DNA of 64,000 bases, taken from assembly GCA_945878405.1 (NCBI GenBank), contig CAMCTJ010000001.1, forward strand, positions 70,304 to 134,303. Reading direction: 5' to 3'. Below, piece after piece: positions 38,134 through 48,673 of the stretch. The translations under genes were made by a program, and so were the position numbers. Under the pieces are notes generated by a model that saw nothing but the letters and a program-made list of their open reading frames with translations, had not been told where the DNA came from and did no database searches. Numbering within the stretch: the first letter of the stretch is position 1; the number at the start of each line of letters is the position of its first letter. The stretch comes from Bdellovibrio sp. ZAP7 (GTDB taxonomy: Bacteria; Bdellovibrionota; FAC87; UBA2466).

Positions 38134-39525
38134 ATGAGATTATTAACATTCTGTTTTCTCTTAATCGGGACTCTCTGTCAGGGCGAAATCTATCTGTCAG
38201 TAACAGGGGCTGGTGTACGAAGAGCAAAAATTGCGGTGGGGGAAATTAAAAATCTGGGCGGAGGAGGCGACACGGGTCATGCGAGTCGCATACGAAGCCA
38301 GATTATGTCCGACCTAGAATTCATAAATCTCTTTGAATTTATTCCCGACTCAGCCGCTATTGCTGCGGATAAGGAATCAGGAAGTGACATAGATTACACG
38401 AAGTGGTCACCCCTGGGAGCCACTTTTGTACTCCGAGTCGGGTATCGCCTAGAGGCAGATAGGGTTTCTTTAGAAGCTCAGTTCTTCGATATCCCTGGCC
38501 AAAAGCGTATTTTCGGACAGACCTATCAATCGGGTTCAAATAATACAACGCGAATCATTCATGAGCTTTCTGAGAATATTCTCAAAGCATTAACAGGAGA
38601 AAAAGGATTATTTAAGAGCCGGATTTTGATGGTCTGTCATGATCTTTCACAGCGGCGATCACCCGCAAAGGAAATTTACATTGCAGATTCGGATGGAAAT
38701 AACCTGCTTGCTCTAACCGCTGACAAAACACTTTCACTCAGTCCTGCCTGGATGAATGACGGGTCAAATATTTCTTATACGCAATTTGAGTTTCTGATTT
38801 CGCGCGGAGTGCGAAAGCGAGGCGCAGTTCTGAAAAAGCATAACCTGGCTACGGGAGCAAGAAGCGTACTTTATTTTAAGGACGGTATGAATAGTGGCGC
38901 TGCTTGGAGCGAGAACGGAAATCGAGGAGTGGTCACTATGAGCTTTACTGGAAAACCAGAGCTCTATTTTATTTCGCCTAATGGCTCATCTGAGCCGGAA
39001 CCCCTGAGCAGAAACTTACAGCTCAAATCGATGACCCAATCAGCTCCCCAAACAGTTAATCCGAATTTGCTGTTTGAAGTAGAGGCGAGCTGGTCCCCCA
39101 ATGGCCGAGAGCTGGTTTTCTCAAGTGCGAGAAGCGGAAGCCCCATGATTTATATTGCCGATCTGAATTCAAATCTAACCCGCCAGATCACTTTTGCCGG
39201 AAAGTACAATGCCACACCTGCATGGTCCCCTAAGGGAGATAAAATTCTCTTTGCAGCCCAACGGGCTCCCAATGGGAATTTTGATATTTATTCAATTGAA
39301 CCCAGCGGAAATAATCTTTCCAGAATTACTGTGGGAGACCAGGGAAGAAGAAGAATTAACCACGAAAATCCGTCTTGGGGACCTACAGGAAGACACTTTG
39401 CCATCGCAAGTAATGAGACGGGAAATTATGCCATTTACGTCCTTACAGACGATGGAGCACTGAAAAGAAGAATATCTCCAGAAGGAAAAGAGTGTAAAAG
39501 TCCTAAGTGGGGCCCCGCTGAATAG
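38134..39525 (+). CDS. tolB: Tol-Pal system beta-propeller protein TolB
   Basis: Signal peptide, then repeated WSP(D/N)G...IYF beta-propeller blades (PAWSPKGDKILFAA, SWSPNGRELVFSS, PSWGPTGRHFAI). Confidence 0.9.
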   Translation: MRLLTFCFLLIGTLCQGEIYLSVTGAGVRRAKIAVGEIKNLGGGGDTGHASRIRSQIMSDLEFINLFEFIPDSAAIAADKESGSDIDYTKWSPLGATFVLRVGYRLEADRVSLEAQFFDIPGQKRIFGQTYQSGSNNTTRIIHELSENILKALTGEKGLFKSRILMVCHDLSQRRSPAKEIYIADSDGNNLLALTADKTLSLSPAWMNDGSNISYTQFEFLISRGVRKRGAVLKKHNLATGARSVLYFKDGMNSGAAWSENGNRGVVTMSFTGKPELYFISPNGSSEPEPLSRNLQLKSMTQSAPQTVNPNLLFEVEASWSPNGRELVFSSARSGSPMIYIADLNSNLTRQITFAGKYNATPAWSPKGDKILFAAQRAPNGNFDIYSIEPSGNNLSRITVGDQGRRRINHENPSWGPTGRHFAIASNETGNYAIYVLTDDGALKRRISPEGKECKSPKWGPAE

Positions 39526-39544
39526 AGGCCCCCAAGGAAAATCT

Positions 39545-40639
<1,095 letters not shown>

Positions 40640-40844
40640 TTAGTCTAAGCCAAGAGCTCGAAATATACTGAGGCATTTCAAGGCAGTCACGCGGATTTCT
40701 TGAAATACTTACAATTCTCTAGCCTAATATAATGCGTCAGGTCAAGAACACGACCAAAAGTGACAGATCTTATTGAATATTTCTGGGGAAATTACCGAAA
40801 ACACTTATGGAGGATTGTGGAGTTTGGATTTCAAACCTTACAAA

Positions 40845-43037
40845 ATGGGAAAGTACCTGCTACTAGAACGGCTTGCCACTGGCGGCATGGCCGAGGTCTA
40901 TCGAGCAAAATCTACCGGTGCAAGCGGTTTTGAAAAACACCTCGCCATCAAGAGAATCCTCCCCGATCACCTTGAAGACGATACTTTCCGCAGAATGTTT
41001 GAAACAGAGGCTCGAATTGGTAGCAGTCTCCAACATTCTAACATTGTTCAGATCCTAGATTTCGTAAAATTTGGGGAAACTTTTCTGCTCGTTATGGAGT
41101 TTGTAAACGGAAAGAACCTCAGACAGGTCGTCAATAAGTTGAAGAAACTGCAGTACTCTCTGCCTATTGAATGCACGCTCTTTATTATTAATGAAACCTG
41201 TAAGGGCTTAGATTATGCCCACAGCAAAAAAGATGATTTCACAGGACAGCCTCAAAATATCATTCATCGAGACATGTCTCCGCAAAACATCATGTTGTCC
41301 TATGATGGGTCGGTTAAAATCGTAGACTTTGGAATTGCTAATTGGAAAGACAAGCTAGAACAAACTAAGTCTGGAGTGATCAAAGGAAAATTTGGTTATA
41401 TGTCCCCTGAGCAAGCAGCTGGGGAACCCATTGCCCATCTCACAGACCTGTTTTCTACAGGAATTATTTTTTGGGAACTTCTCGCTGGAAAAAGATTATT
41501 TACAGCAGAGAGTGACCTATCCACCCTTCGACTGATTCAAGATTGCGTTGTTCCTCGCCCCTCTCAATTTAATCCGAAAGTGACTCCCGATTTGGAGCGA
41601 ATCGTAATGAAGTCGCTCTCCAAAAATAGCACGCAACGCTACCAATCGGCTGGAGCGATGCAACGCCAGATTCAGGAGCACTTGAATAAGCACTATCCGG
41701 GCTTTCGAGAAAATGAGCTGGCAAATATGATGCAGCGACTTTTCAAAGATGAAATTACAACTGAGAAAAAACGTATTGAGGTTTTAACTCGCCAATCAGT
41801 ACCGTTTTCACAAGGCAATTCAGAAGCTCCAGAATTGGCGGCTAATGAATTTGAGATAGACAATTCAATTGGCGAGGGGTCCATCACAGCATCAGATCAG
41901 GACCGAGTAAGCCACGTTACTTTTATCGATCAAGACAGCGTCCCTTCGGCGGTAGTTCGACTGGATGATGTTGATTCTAAAACAAAAGAAACTCATCCCC
42001 CACTTGAATCGAAGTCTCAATCCACCGCAAAAAACACTCTTTCAGATACAAATCCCGAAGGAGACATCGATGTTCCCGAGACAATAGCGAAAACCATCGT
42101 TGCGCGACCAGCGACTCCGGCCCCAAGCCCACCTTCCCCAACTAGAGTGACCCAATCGAAGTCTTCAACTCTACAGAAAATCGTAGAGAAAAGAGTCGAG
42201 ACAAATAAGCTTGATGAGTCAAAAGATGTCAGTCTTATTACGACACCGGGTGGAATTAAGCTGGATACACATTCGATTACCAATCAAGACATCTCGAAAG
42301 ATACTTGGGGTTCAATAAATTCAGACGCGCAGAAGCTAAACCAAGATGATGATCTCCCTCAAGGGCGAGTTTCAGGCCTCGCAAAAGTCGTTGCGGCCTC
42401 GGGGCTGATTGCAGTAACGGCCTATCTTTACCATATGCTCTTATCAGGACAGACAGTCATTCCGGTAAAAATCGAAACACAAGATCCAAGACTGATTGGT
42501 TCTTGTGATCCGGCGAAAAATCCCAACTGTTCCGTAAAGGCCACAAAGTCGACGGTTCCTGCTGCAGTCAATCCGCAAGTCATCAACAACTGTGAACTAC
42601 GATTTGAAACCGATCCGCCAGGGGCTATCGTCATCATTGACGGTGTTGAAAAGCTTGCGACACCCGGAACCGCTCTGGTTCCTTGCGACACTTCCATCAA
42701 CTATTCAGTCCGTCTAAAAGACCACGAGACAGTTGCTGAAAATGTTTTGGTTAAAAGCAAAATGCGGCCCATTTCTAGAACCTTGAAGAAAGTTGAACTG
42801 GGTGACTTAGTTATTGTTACCAATCGACGAGTAAAAGTCTTTAGCGATACCGAACAATTAGGGGAAACAGAACCAGGCAAACCATTTAGAGTTGAAAGAC
42901 TGCCCGCCAATCGCACTTATAATATCCATTTTGTGAATGAAATTTTTGGTATCGATGATAACCGACCCCTCGAAGTCAAGCCGGGGGTCAGTAATCTCTA
43001 CGAAATTCGCCTCGATGACAAACCAGACAAACGCTAG
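40845..43037 (+). CDS. Serine/threonine protein kinase with a C-terminal PEGA domain
   Basis: G-loop LATGGMAEVYRA, catalytic loop IIHRDMSPQNIM, DFG (VDFGIA), APE-equivalent (MSPEQ). Thr/Ser/Pro-rich linker, a TM segment, and a C-terminal ...FETDPPGAIVIIDGV PEGA motif. Start set at MGKY (40845); the ORF track has a TTG at 40773. Confidence 0.8.
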   Translation: MGKYLLLERLATGGMAEVYRAKSTGASGFEKHLAIKRILPDHLEDDTFRRMFETEARIGSSLQHSNIVQILDFVKFGETFLLVMEFVNGKNLRQVVNKLKKLQYSLPIECTLFIINETCKGLDYAHSKKDDFTGQPQNIIHRDMSPQNIMLSYDGSVKIVDFGIANWKDKLEQTKSGVIKGKFGYMSPEQAAGEPIAHLTDLFSTGIIFWELLAGKRLFTAESDLSTLRLIQDCVVPRPSQFNPKVTPDLERIVMKSLSKNSTQRYQSAGAMQRQIQEHLNKHYPGFRENELANMMQRLFKDEITTEKKRIEVLTRQSVPFSQGNSEAPELAANEFEIDNSIGEGSITASDQDRVSHVTFIDQDSVPSAVVRLDDVDSKTKETHPPLESKSQSTAKNTLSDTNPEGDIDVPETIAKTIVARPATPAPSPPSPTRVTQSKSSTLQKIVEKRVETNKLDESKDVSLITTPGGIKLDTHSITNQDISKDTWGSINSDAQKLNQDDDLPQGRVSGLAKVVAASGLIAVTAYLYHMLLSGQTVIPVKIETQDPRLIGSCDPAKNPNCSVKATKSTVPAAVNPQVINNCELRFETDPPGAIVIIDGVEKLATPGTALVPCDTSINYSVRLKDHETVAENVLVKSKMRPISRTLKKVELGDLVIVTNRRVKVFSDTEQLGETEPGKPFRVERLPANRTYNIHFVNEIFGIDDNRPLEVKPGVSNLYEIRLDDKPDKR

Positions 43038-43040
43038 CCG

Positions 43041-43589
43041 TTAGACAGACTTCCACCACACGCTTACCCATTGATAAATCGATTCGAGAGCCTCTTTTTC
43101 TACGTGCTTGTCGATGAGAAGGGGGCGGTGATGGTTTGGATACACCACGACTCTCCAATGGCCTCGGATGAAATATTGGGGATCATCATGAAATTGGGGA
43201 GCTAGATTGGGCGCAGGCTTTTGATTCAAAAGAACGACTTCCTTAACATCCTCTCGATTCACTTTTCTCAGGACTAAGGGATACCCAAAACAAAAATAAC
43301 CCGTTTGTAATTGGGTACCAGCGACCCGAATAAAGCGGCGAAGAGCAGCCATCTTAAAGCCGACAGCCCCAAATAACAAAATAACCAGGGCAAGAATTCC
43401 CAAAATAAGCAAATCCCAAACCGTACCGGCACTGAGAAGGTCCCCCAAAACCTGATAGGCAGCAGCCATCATGCAGCCAACGGCAAAAACAGCAATTGCA
43501 TAAAGAATCCAATAGGTCTTAGGCGGCGGAACTTCTCTAAATTCCTCACGCTTTGTTGGCTCGGGGACAAGCTCTAAATAAAAACCCAT
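43041..43589 (-). CDS. Hypothetical membrane protein
   Basis: 182 aa, two TM helices. No family recognised. Confidence 0.45.
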   Translation of the reverse strand: MGFYLELVPEPTKREEFREVPPPKTYWILYAIAVFAVGCMMAAAYQVLGDLLSAGTVWDLLILGILALVILLFGAVGFKMAALRRFIRVAGTQLQTGYFCFGYPLVLRKVNREDVKEVVLLNQKPAPNLAPQFHDDPQYFIRGHWRVVVYPNHHRPLLIDKHVEKEALESIYQWVSVWWKSV

Positions 43590-43667
43590 GTTGTTCTTTT
43601 ACATTCCCTTCGTTGAAAATCAAGGGGGGTGGTCATATAAACCCGACAGTGCTACATTGCGGCTCCT

Positions 43668-44876
43668 ATGAAACTGACCGATTCCCTCATTGAAAAAGCT
43701 GAAACCTTTGGTGCCCATAATTACCATCCCCTCCCCCTAGTGCTTCGGCGGGGTGATGGAGCCAAAGTGGCTGACGTTGAAGGCAAAGAGTACATTGATT
43801 TTTTATCCTGTTATTCAGCCCTCAACTTTGGCCATCAACACCCGAGAATCGTTCAAGCACTGCTAAATCAGCTACAAAAATTAGCGGTTTGCTCTCGAGC
43901 TTTTTATGCAGAAGAGTTTGGCTATTTTTCAGAAGAACTGGCTAAATTTGTTGGCTTAGAAATGGTTCTTGCGATGAACAGCGGGGCTGAAGCTTGCGAA
44001 ACTGCGATTAAAATTGCTCGAAAGTGGGGTTACGAGAAAAAAGGGGTCGATGCGGATCAGGCCAATATTATTTGTGTTGAAAATAATTTTCATGGAAGAA
44101 CGGTGACCATCGTTTCCTTTTCTACAGATCCCGCTTATCGAGATGGATTTGGTCCCTTTACTCCGGGTTTCAAAATAGTTCCTTTCGATAATGCCGATGC
44201 CATCGAGAATGCTATCGATAAGAATACTGTGGGGGTTTTTGTTGAACCGATCCAAGCGGAAGCAGGTATTCTATTACCTAAGTCCGGATACCTAAAAGAT
44301 CTGAGAAGGATTTGCGATAAGTATGAAGTTCTACTGATGGTCGATGAAATCCAGACCGGTCTGGGGCGAACGGGCGCAGATTTTTGTTTTCAACACGAAA
44401 ACATACAGCCCGATCTATTGATTCTGGGCAAATCTTTGGGTGGGGGACTTCTTCCTATTTCAGCTGTTGTGGGAAGAACCTCTGTTATGGAGGTCATAAA
44501 ACCTGGCCAACATGGTTCGACCTTTGGAGGAAATCCGCTCGCGTGTTCCGTCGCGAGAGCCTCGTTGAAAGTTCTTAAAGATGAAGACCTCTCCAAGCGC
44601 TCCCTTGAGCTGGGAAATGAAGTTCTAAAAAAGTTAATGAAGATTTCTTCTCCTTTAATCAAAGAAATCCGGGGAAAAGGTCTCTTGATTGGAATCGAGC
44701 TCGAACCGTCGGCAGGCGGAGCCCGAAAATACTGTGAGATTCTGGCTCAACAAGGGGTCCTGTGTAAGGAAACCCACGATCATGTTATTCGAATAGCTCC
44801 CCCTTTAAATATTGAACCTTCCTTGCTGGATCAGGGAATAAATTCGGTTATTTCCGTGCTTTCAAAGGGCCTCTAG
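43668..44876 (+). CDS. rocD: Ornithine aminotransferase (class III PLP aminotransferase)
   Basis: FGAHNYHPLPLVLRRGDGAKVADVEGKEYIDFLSCYSALNFGHQHP closely follows the OAT N-terminus (YGAHNYHPLPV...DVEG..Y.DFLS.YSAVNQGH.HP). PLP-lysine region ...LILGKSLGGG. Confidence 0.85.
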   Translation: MKLTDSLIEKAETFGAHNYHPLPLVLRRGDGAKVADVEGKEYIDFLSCYSALNFGHQHPRIVQALLNQLQKLAVCSRAFYAEEFGYFSEELAKFVGLEMVLAMNSGAEACETAIKIARKWGYEKKGVDADQANIICVENNFHGRTVTIVSFSTDPAYRDGFGPFTPGFKIVPFDNADAIENAIDKNTVGVFVEPIQAEAGILLPKSGYLKDLRRICDKYEVLLMVDEIQTGLGRTGADFCFQHENIQPDLLILGKSLGGGLLPISAVVGRTSVMEVIKPGQHGSTFGGNPLACSVARASLKVLKDEDLSKRSLELGNEVLKKLMKISSPLIKEIRGKGLLIGIELEPSAGGARKYCEILAQQGVLCKETHDHVIRIAPPLNIEPSLLDQGINSVISVLSKGL

Positions 44877-44909
44877 ATACCCGTTCGGCCCTGTGGTACA
44901 ACCCCCGGC

Positions 44910-45029
44910 ATGAAAAGGTTCCGGGTCGTACTATTAAGCCTCTGTTTTAGTTTGCTTTGTGGCTGTGGTGTAAAAGGAGATCCGACTCCCTACGTTGACC
45001 CAATTAAAGAAACTCAGAAAAGAAAGTAA
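44910..45029 (+). CDS. Small lipoprotein, LptM (YifL)-like, absent from the ORF track because it is under 60 aa
   Basis: 39-aa ORF MKRFRVVLLSLCFSLLCGCGVKGDPTPYVDPIKETQKRK with lipobox LL-CGC-G and a GxKGxL/P motif. Ends 2 nt before dapF. E. coli yifL/lptM occupies the same position immediately upstream of dapF. Confidence 0.5.
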   Translation: MKRFRVVLLSLCFSLLCGCGVKGDPTPYVDPIKETQKRK

Positions 45030-45031
45030 GC

Positions 45032-45898
45032 ATGGAATTTAATTTCATTAAAATGCAGGGATGCGGAAATGATTTTTTGTTTATGGATTCGATGCAAAGT
45101 GAACCGAGTCCATTTTACCCAAGAGAAATTTCCTGGCTATGCGATAGAAATTATGGAGTAGGTGCTGATGGGTTAGTGGTTCTAACGAAATCAGAAAAAT
45201 ATCACGCGAAATGGATTTTCTATAATTCGGACGGCAGCCAAGCTGAAATGTGTGGCAACGCTGCTCGATGTGCCATTCGATATTTAACAGAAACCTATTT
45301 TCCTAATGATGTACCCATCTGTATTGAAACAAAAGCTGGCGTGATCAAAGGCCAAATGAAGGGCCCGGGATTAGTGGAAGTAACTCTAACACCCAAAAGC
45401 TACGAGCGATTTGAATACGAACAAAAAGTAGTCGCAACAGATAAATACAGTGTTGAAGTAAGTTTGATCAATACCGGCGTGCCCCATGCCGTAGTAGAGG
45501 TGAAGGACCTTAACAGTTATCCTATTTGGCAAGTTGGAAAAGATCTGCGAAGCCATCCTGCGATGGGTCCTGAAGGAGCGAACGTTACTTTTTTTGAGCG
45601 GTTGGTAGGTCCGAGAATTAAGGCAACCACTTTTGAAAGAGGGGTAGAAGGCGAAACACTCGCTTGCGGGACAGGTGCAGCCGCTGCCGCAATTATTTAT
45701 TCCGAAACTTATCTCCAGCCACTTCCGATTGAAGTGATCGTACCGGGTGGAGAACTTGTTGTGGATATCAGTCCAGTCTCTAAGATGTTGCTGCTTCAAG
45801 GTCCAGCGAACTACTGTTTCACAGTCAACATTCCAGAAATAATGACGGGCTTTGAAAAAGTTTTTACTTACAGCCAAGGCAAAAGGCCGAGTGTATGA
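45032..45898 (+). CDS. dapF: Diaminopimelate epimerase
   Basis: N-terminus FIKMQGCGNDFLFMD, catalytic Cys pair (...MCGNAARC... and ...ACGTGAAAAA). Confidence 0.9.
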   Translation: MEFNFIKMQGCGNDFLFMDSMQSEPSPFYPREISWLCDRNYGVGADGLVVLTKSEKYHAKWIFYNSDGSQAEMCGNAARCAIRYLTETYFPNDVPICIETKAGVIKGQMKGPGLVEVTLTPKSYERFEYEQKVVATDKYSVEVSLINTGVPHAVVEVKDLNSYPIWQVGKDLRSHPAMGPEGANVTFFERLVGPRIKATTFERGVEGETLACGTGAAAAAIIYSETYLQPLPIEVIVPGGELVVDISPVSKMLLLQGPANYCFTVNIPEIMTGFEKVFTYSQGKRPSV

Positions 45899-46782
45899 AC
45901 TTTCAGGGTGTTTGGGTCGCAACGACCACCTTTTTTAATCAGGCGGGGGCTGTCGATCTAGGCTCTTTTGAAAAACACTGCTCGTGGCTATTGGATTCTG
46001 GAGTAGAGGGCTTGGTTCCCTGTGGAACTACAGGTGAAGGCCCTACTCTGTATGCAGAGGAGAGAAAGCTTCTCATTCAGACGGCGGTTAGACTTGCTTC
46101 AAATAAAAAGAAAGAGGTCATAGCTGGTTGTGGAGGAAATAATACCGACTCTGTTTTGAAACTGATTCTCGAGGCAAAAGATTTAGGAGCCCATGCGGCT
46201 CTAGTTGTGACCCCCTACTATAATCGGCCCACGCAAGAAGGGCTCGTCGCTCATTATCAGTACCTTGCAGATAAAAGCCCGATTCCCCTGGTTCTCTACA
46301 ACGTGCCTTCTCGAACCGGAGTAAACCTGCTTCCCGAAACGGTTTCTCGTCTTTGGCAACACCCCAACATCAAAGGATTAAAAGAGGCCACTGGCCTTCA
46401 TAGTCAGTGGCTTTCTTTGTTTGCCTCTCCTCTGCCCGAGGGAAAATCTATTTTAGCGGGTGATGATGATGCTTTTGCGACTTTGTTTTCTTTAGGTGCG
46501 AACGGGATTATCTCTGCTTCTGCTAATATTATTCCCGCACAGTTTGTTCAGCTCGATTCCCTTTTGAGGTCGGGGAAGTTTCAAGAGGCCTTTATACTTC
46601 AGAAAAAGTTATCCCCTTTGATAAAAACACTTTTTGCGGAAACCAATCCCGCCCCCCTCAAATTCGCTTTAGAAAAGATGGGGCGCGGCCTAAATCAGCT
46701 TCGCCTTCCGTTGGTTCCTGTTCAAAAGGAAACCCAAGAAAAGATTTATCAACAACTCTTGAGCTTGGAGTTGGTCTCGTGA
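45895..46782 (+). CDS. dapA: 4-hydroxy-tetrahydrodipicolinate synthase
   Basis: GVWVATTTFF...VPCGTTGEGPTL...LYNVPSRTG, the DapA TIM-barrel motifs. ATGA coupling with dapF. Confidence 0.9.
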   Translation: MNFQGVWVATTTFFNQAGAVDLGSFEKHCSWLLDSGVEGLVPCGTTGEGPTLYAEERKLLIQTAVRLASNKKKEVIAGCGGNNTDSVLKLILEAKDLGAHAALVVTPYYNRPTQEGLVAHYQYLADKSPIPLVLYNVPSRTGVNLLPETVSRLWQHPNIKGLKEATGLHSQWLSLFASPLPEGKSILAGDDDAFATLFSLGANGIISASANIIPAQFVQLDSLLRSGKFQEAFILQKKLSPLIKTLFAETNPAPLKFALEKMGRGLNQLRLPLVPVQKETQEKIYQQLLSLELVS

Positions 46783-47498
46783 TCTATAAGGTCGGACTTC
46801 TTGGAGCCACTGGCCGAATGGGACAAGAGCTTGCCTGTCTGTTAGAGCCGGGATTTGTGTTAGGGGAAGATAGACTCGAGTTCTGCGATGCTATTGCGAA
46901 TAAGCGCACTGTTCTTTCGCTAGAAACTATTCCTGTAAGGCAGTTATCTGATCCTGCTAGAGAACCTGTTCATGTGTGGATTGACTTTAGCCGTCCAGAG
47001 GCCACGCTTGAGCTCCTTGAGAAGATCCAAGAACCGATAGTTATTGGCACAACAGGATTTACCCCATCTCAAATTGAAAAAATAAAAACCTACTCAGGAA
47101 AACATCCCGTTCTGATGACGTCTAATACAAGCCCGGGAATGAATCTCATGATGAAAATGCTGGAGCACTCTTCAGTAGCAGCAGTATTGGGATACGACGT
47201 ACTCGCTTCTGAAATTCACCACAGAGGAAAAAAGGACTCGCCGAGTGGAACGATGAAATCCCTTCTGCAGATTCTGCAGGCACAGGGAAATAAAAATATT
47301 CAAGTGCAATCGGCACGAGCAGGAGACGAAAAGGGAACCCACACCATTTCTTTCTTTTCAGAAGACGAAGAACTCACCCTCACCCATCGAGTGAATCACC
47401 GAAGAGTTTTTGCTAAAGGGGCTTTAATTGCAGCCAAATTCATTGCGGGTCAAAAAAGACCAGGGCTTTATTCTTTTCAAGACATGGAGAAATTATGA
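46779..47498 (+). CDS. dapB: 4-hydroxy-tetrahydrodipicolinate reductase
   Basis: MIYKVGLLGATGRMGQEL N-terminal Rossmann fold. 239 aa. Translationally coupled on both sides. Confidence 0.85.
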   Translation: MIYKVGLLGATGRMGQELACLLEPGFVLGEDRLEFCDAIANKRTVLSLETIPVRQLSDPAREPVHVWIDFSRPEATLELLEKIQEPIVIGTTGFTPSQIEKIKTYSGKHPVLMTSNTSPGMNLMMKMLEHSSVAAVLGYDVLASEIHHRGKKDSPSGTMKSLLQILQAQGNKNIQVQSARAGDEKGTHTISFFSEDEELTLTHRVNHRRVFAKGALIAAKFIAGQKRPGLYSFQDMEKL

Positions 47499-48673
47499 AT
47501 GGATTTCAGCAATCTCAACGTCTATTGAGTCTTCCTCCTTATATTTTTAGCGAAATTAATAATATTAAAGCAGAGGCCCAGAAGCGGGGTGTGGATTTAC
47601 TGAGCCTTGCTATTGGAGATCCCGATCAGCCGACTCCAGAGCCAATCATTCGCGAGTTACAAAAGGCCTCCGCGGAGCCTCTTAATCATGCTTATTCCCC
47701 CTATGAGGGAACACTTTCTTTTCGGACTGAAGTTGCGAAATGGTTTCAAGGCCGATTTGGGGTTCAGTTAAATCCTGAAAATGAAGTGCTTGCACTCATT
47801 GGATCCAAAGAAGGAATTGCCCATTTTCCTTTGGCCTTTGTAAATCCTGGGGACAAGTGTCTTTACCCCTCTCCTGGCTACCCCATTTTTTCAACCGCGA
47901 TCCAATTAGCGGGTGGAATTCCCATTCCCCTTCCTCATCGTTGGGAGAATCAGTTCCAACCTGACTTAAACGAGTTGGAAACTCTTCTTCTCATTCATCA
48001 ACCCAAATACATTTTGGTCAATTTTCCATGCAACCCTACTTCCGCGACTTGCTCCAGAGAAGTCATGACGGAAATGGTGGCTTTGGCCCGAAAACACCGA
48101 ACGATACTCGTTTCAGATAATGCCTACAGCGAAATGTATTTTGACAAAAAAGATAAGCCACTGAGCCTTTTGGAAATTCCGGGCGCCAAGGAAGTAGCCA
48201 TTGAGTTTCACTCGCTTTCAAAAACATTCAACATGACGGGCTGGAGAATTGCTTTTGCGGTAGGAAATCCGGAGTTAATTGCAGGCCTTCTCAGAGTAAA
48301 AACAAATATTGATTCGGGCCCCCTTCTTGCGGTTCAAAAAGCTTCAGAATTTGCACTGGCAAACGCTGAGCCCCTAATTGAGCCGATCCGAAAGCTTTAT
48401 TTTGAACGACGCGAAATCGTCCTGAACGAAATGAACCGGATGGGCATTGAAACTTTTTATCCGAAAGCAACTTTTTTTGTCTGGGCAAAAGTGCCAGGAA
48501 AAGAATTGTCGATGGATTTTGCGAAGCGCCTCATTGCAAATCAGGGACTGGTAGTCACACCAGGGATCGGCTTTGGAAAAGAGGGAGAAGGCTTTTTCAG
48601 ACTCGCTCTTACCGTTCCGACTGCCCAGCTGAAAGAAGCTATGATCCGACTAGAAAAGGCTTTAAAAAGTTAA
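47495..48673 (+). CDS. dapL: LL-diaminopimelate aminotransferase (DapL-type class I aminotransferase)
   Basis: LPPYIFSEINNIKAEAQKRGVDLLSLAIGDPDQPTP mirrors the DapL N-terminus (LPPYLFAEI...G.D.I.LGIGDPD.PTP). PLP-Lys in ...SLSKTFNMTGWR. Sits within the dapFAB operon. Confidence 0.75.
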   Translation: MNGFQQSQRLLSLPPYIFSEINNIKAEAQKRGVDLLSLAIGDPDQPTPEPIIRELQKASAEPLNHAYSPYEGTLSFRTEVAKWFQGRFGVQLNPENEVLALIGSKEGIAHFPLAFVNPGDKCLYPSPGYPIFSTAIQLAGGIPIPLPHRWENQFQPDLNELETLLLIHQPKYILVNFPCNPTSATCSREVMTEMVALARKHRTILVSDNAYSEMYFDKKDKPLSLLEIPGAKEVAIEFHSLSKTFNMTGWRIAFAVGNPELIAGLLRVKTNIDSGPLLAVQKASEFALANAEPLIEPIRKLYFERREIVLNEMNRMGIETFYPKATFFVWAKVPGKELSMDFAKRLIANQGLVVTPGIGFGKEGEGFFRLALTVPTAQLKEAMIRLEKALKS

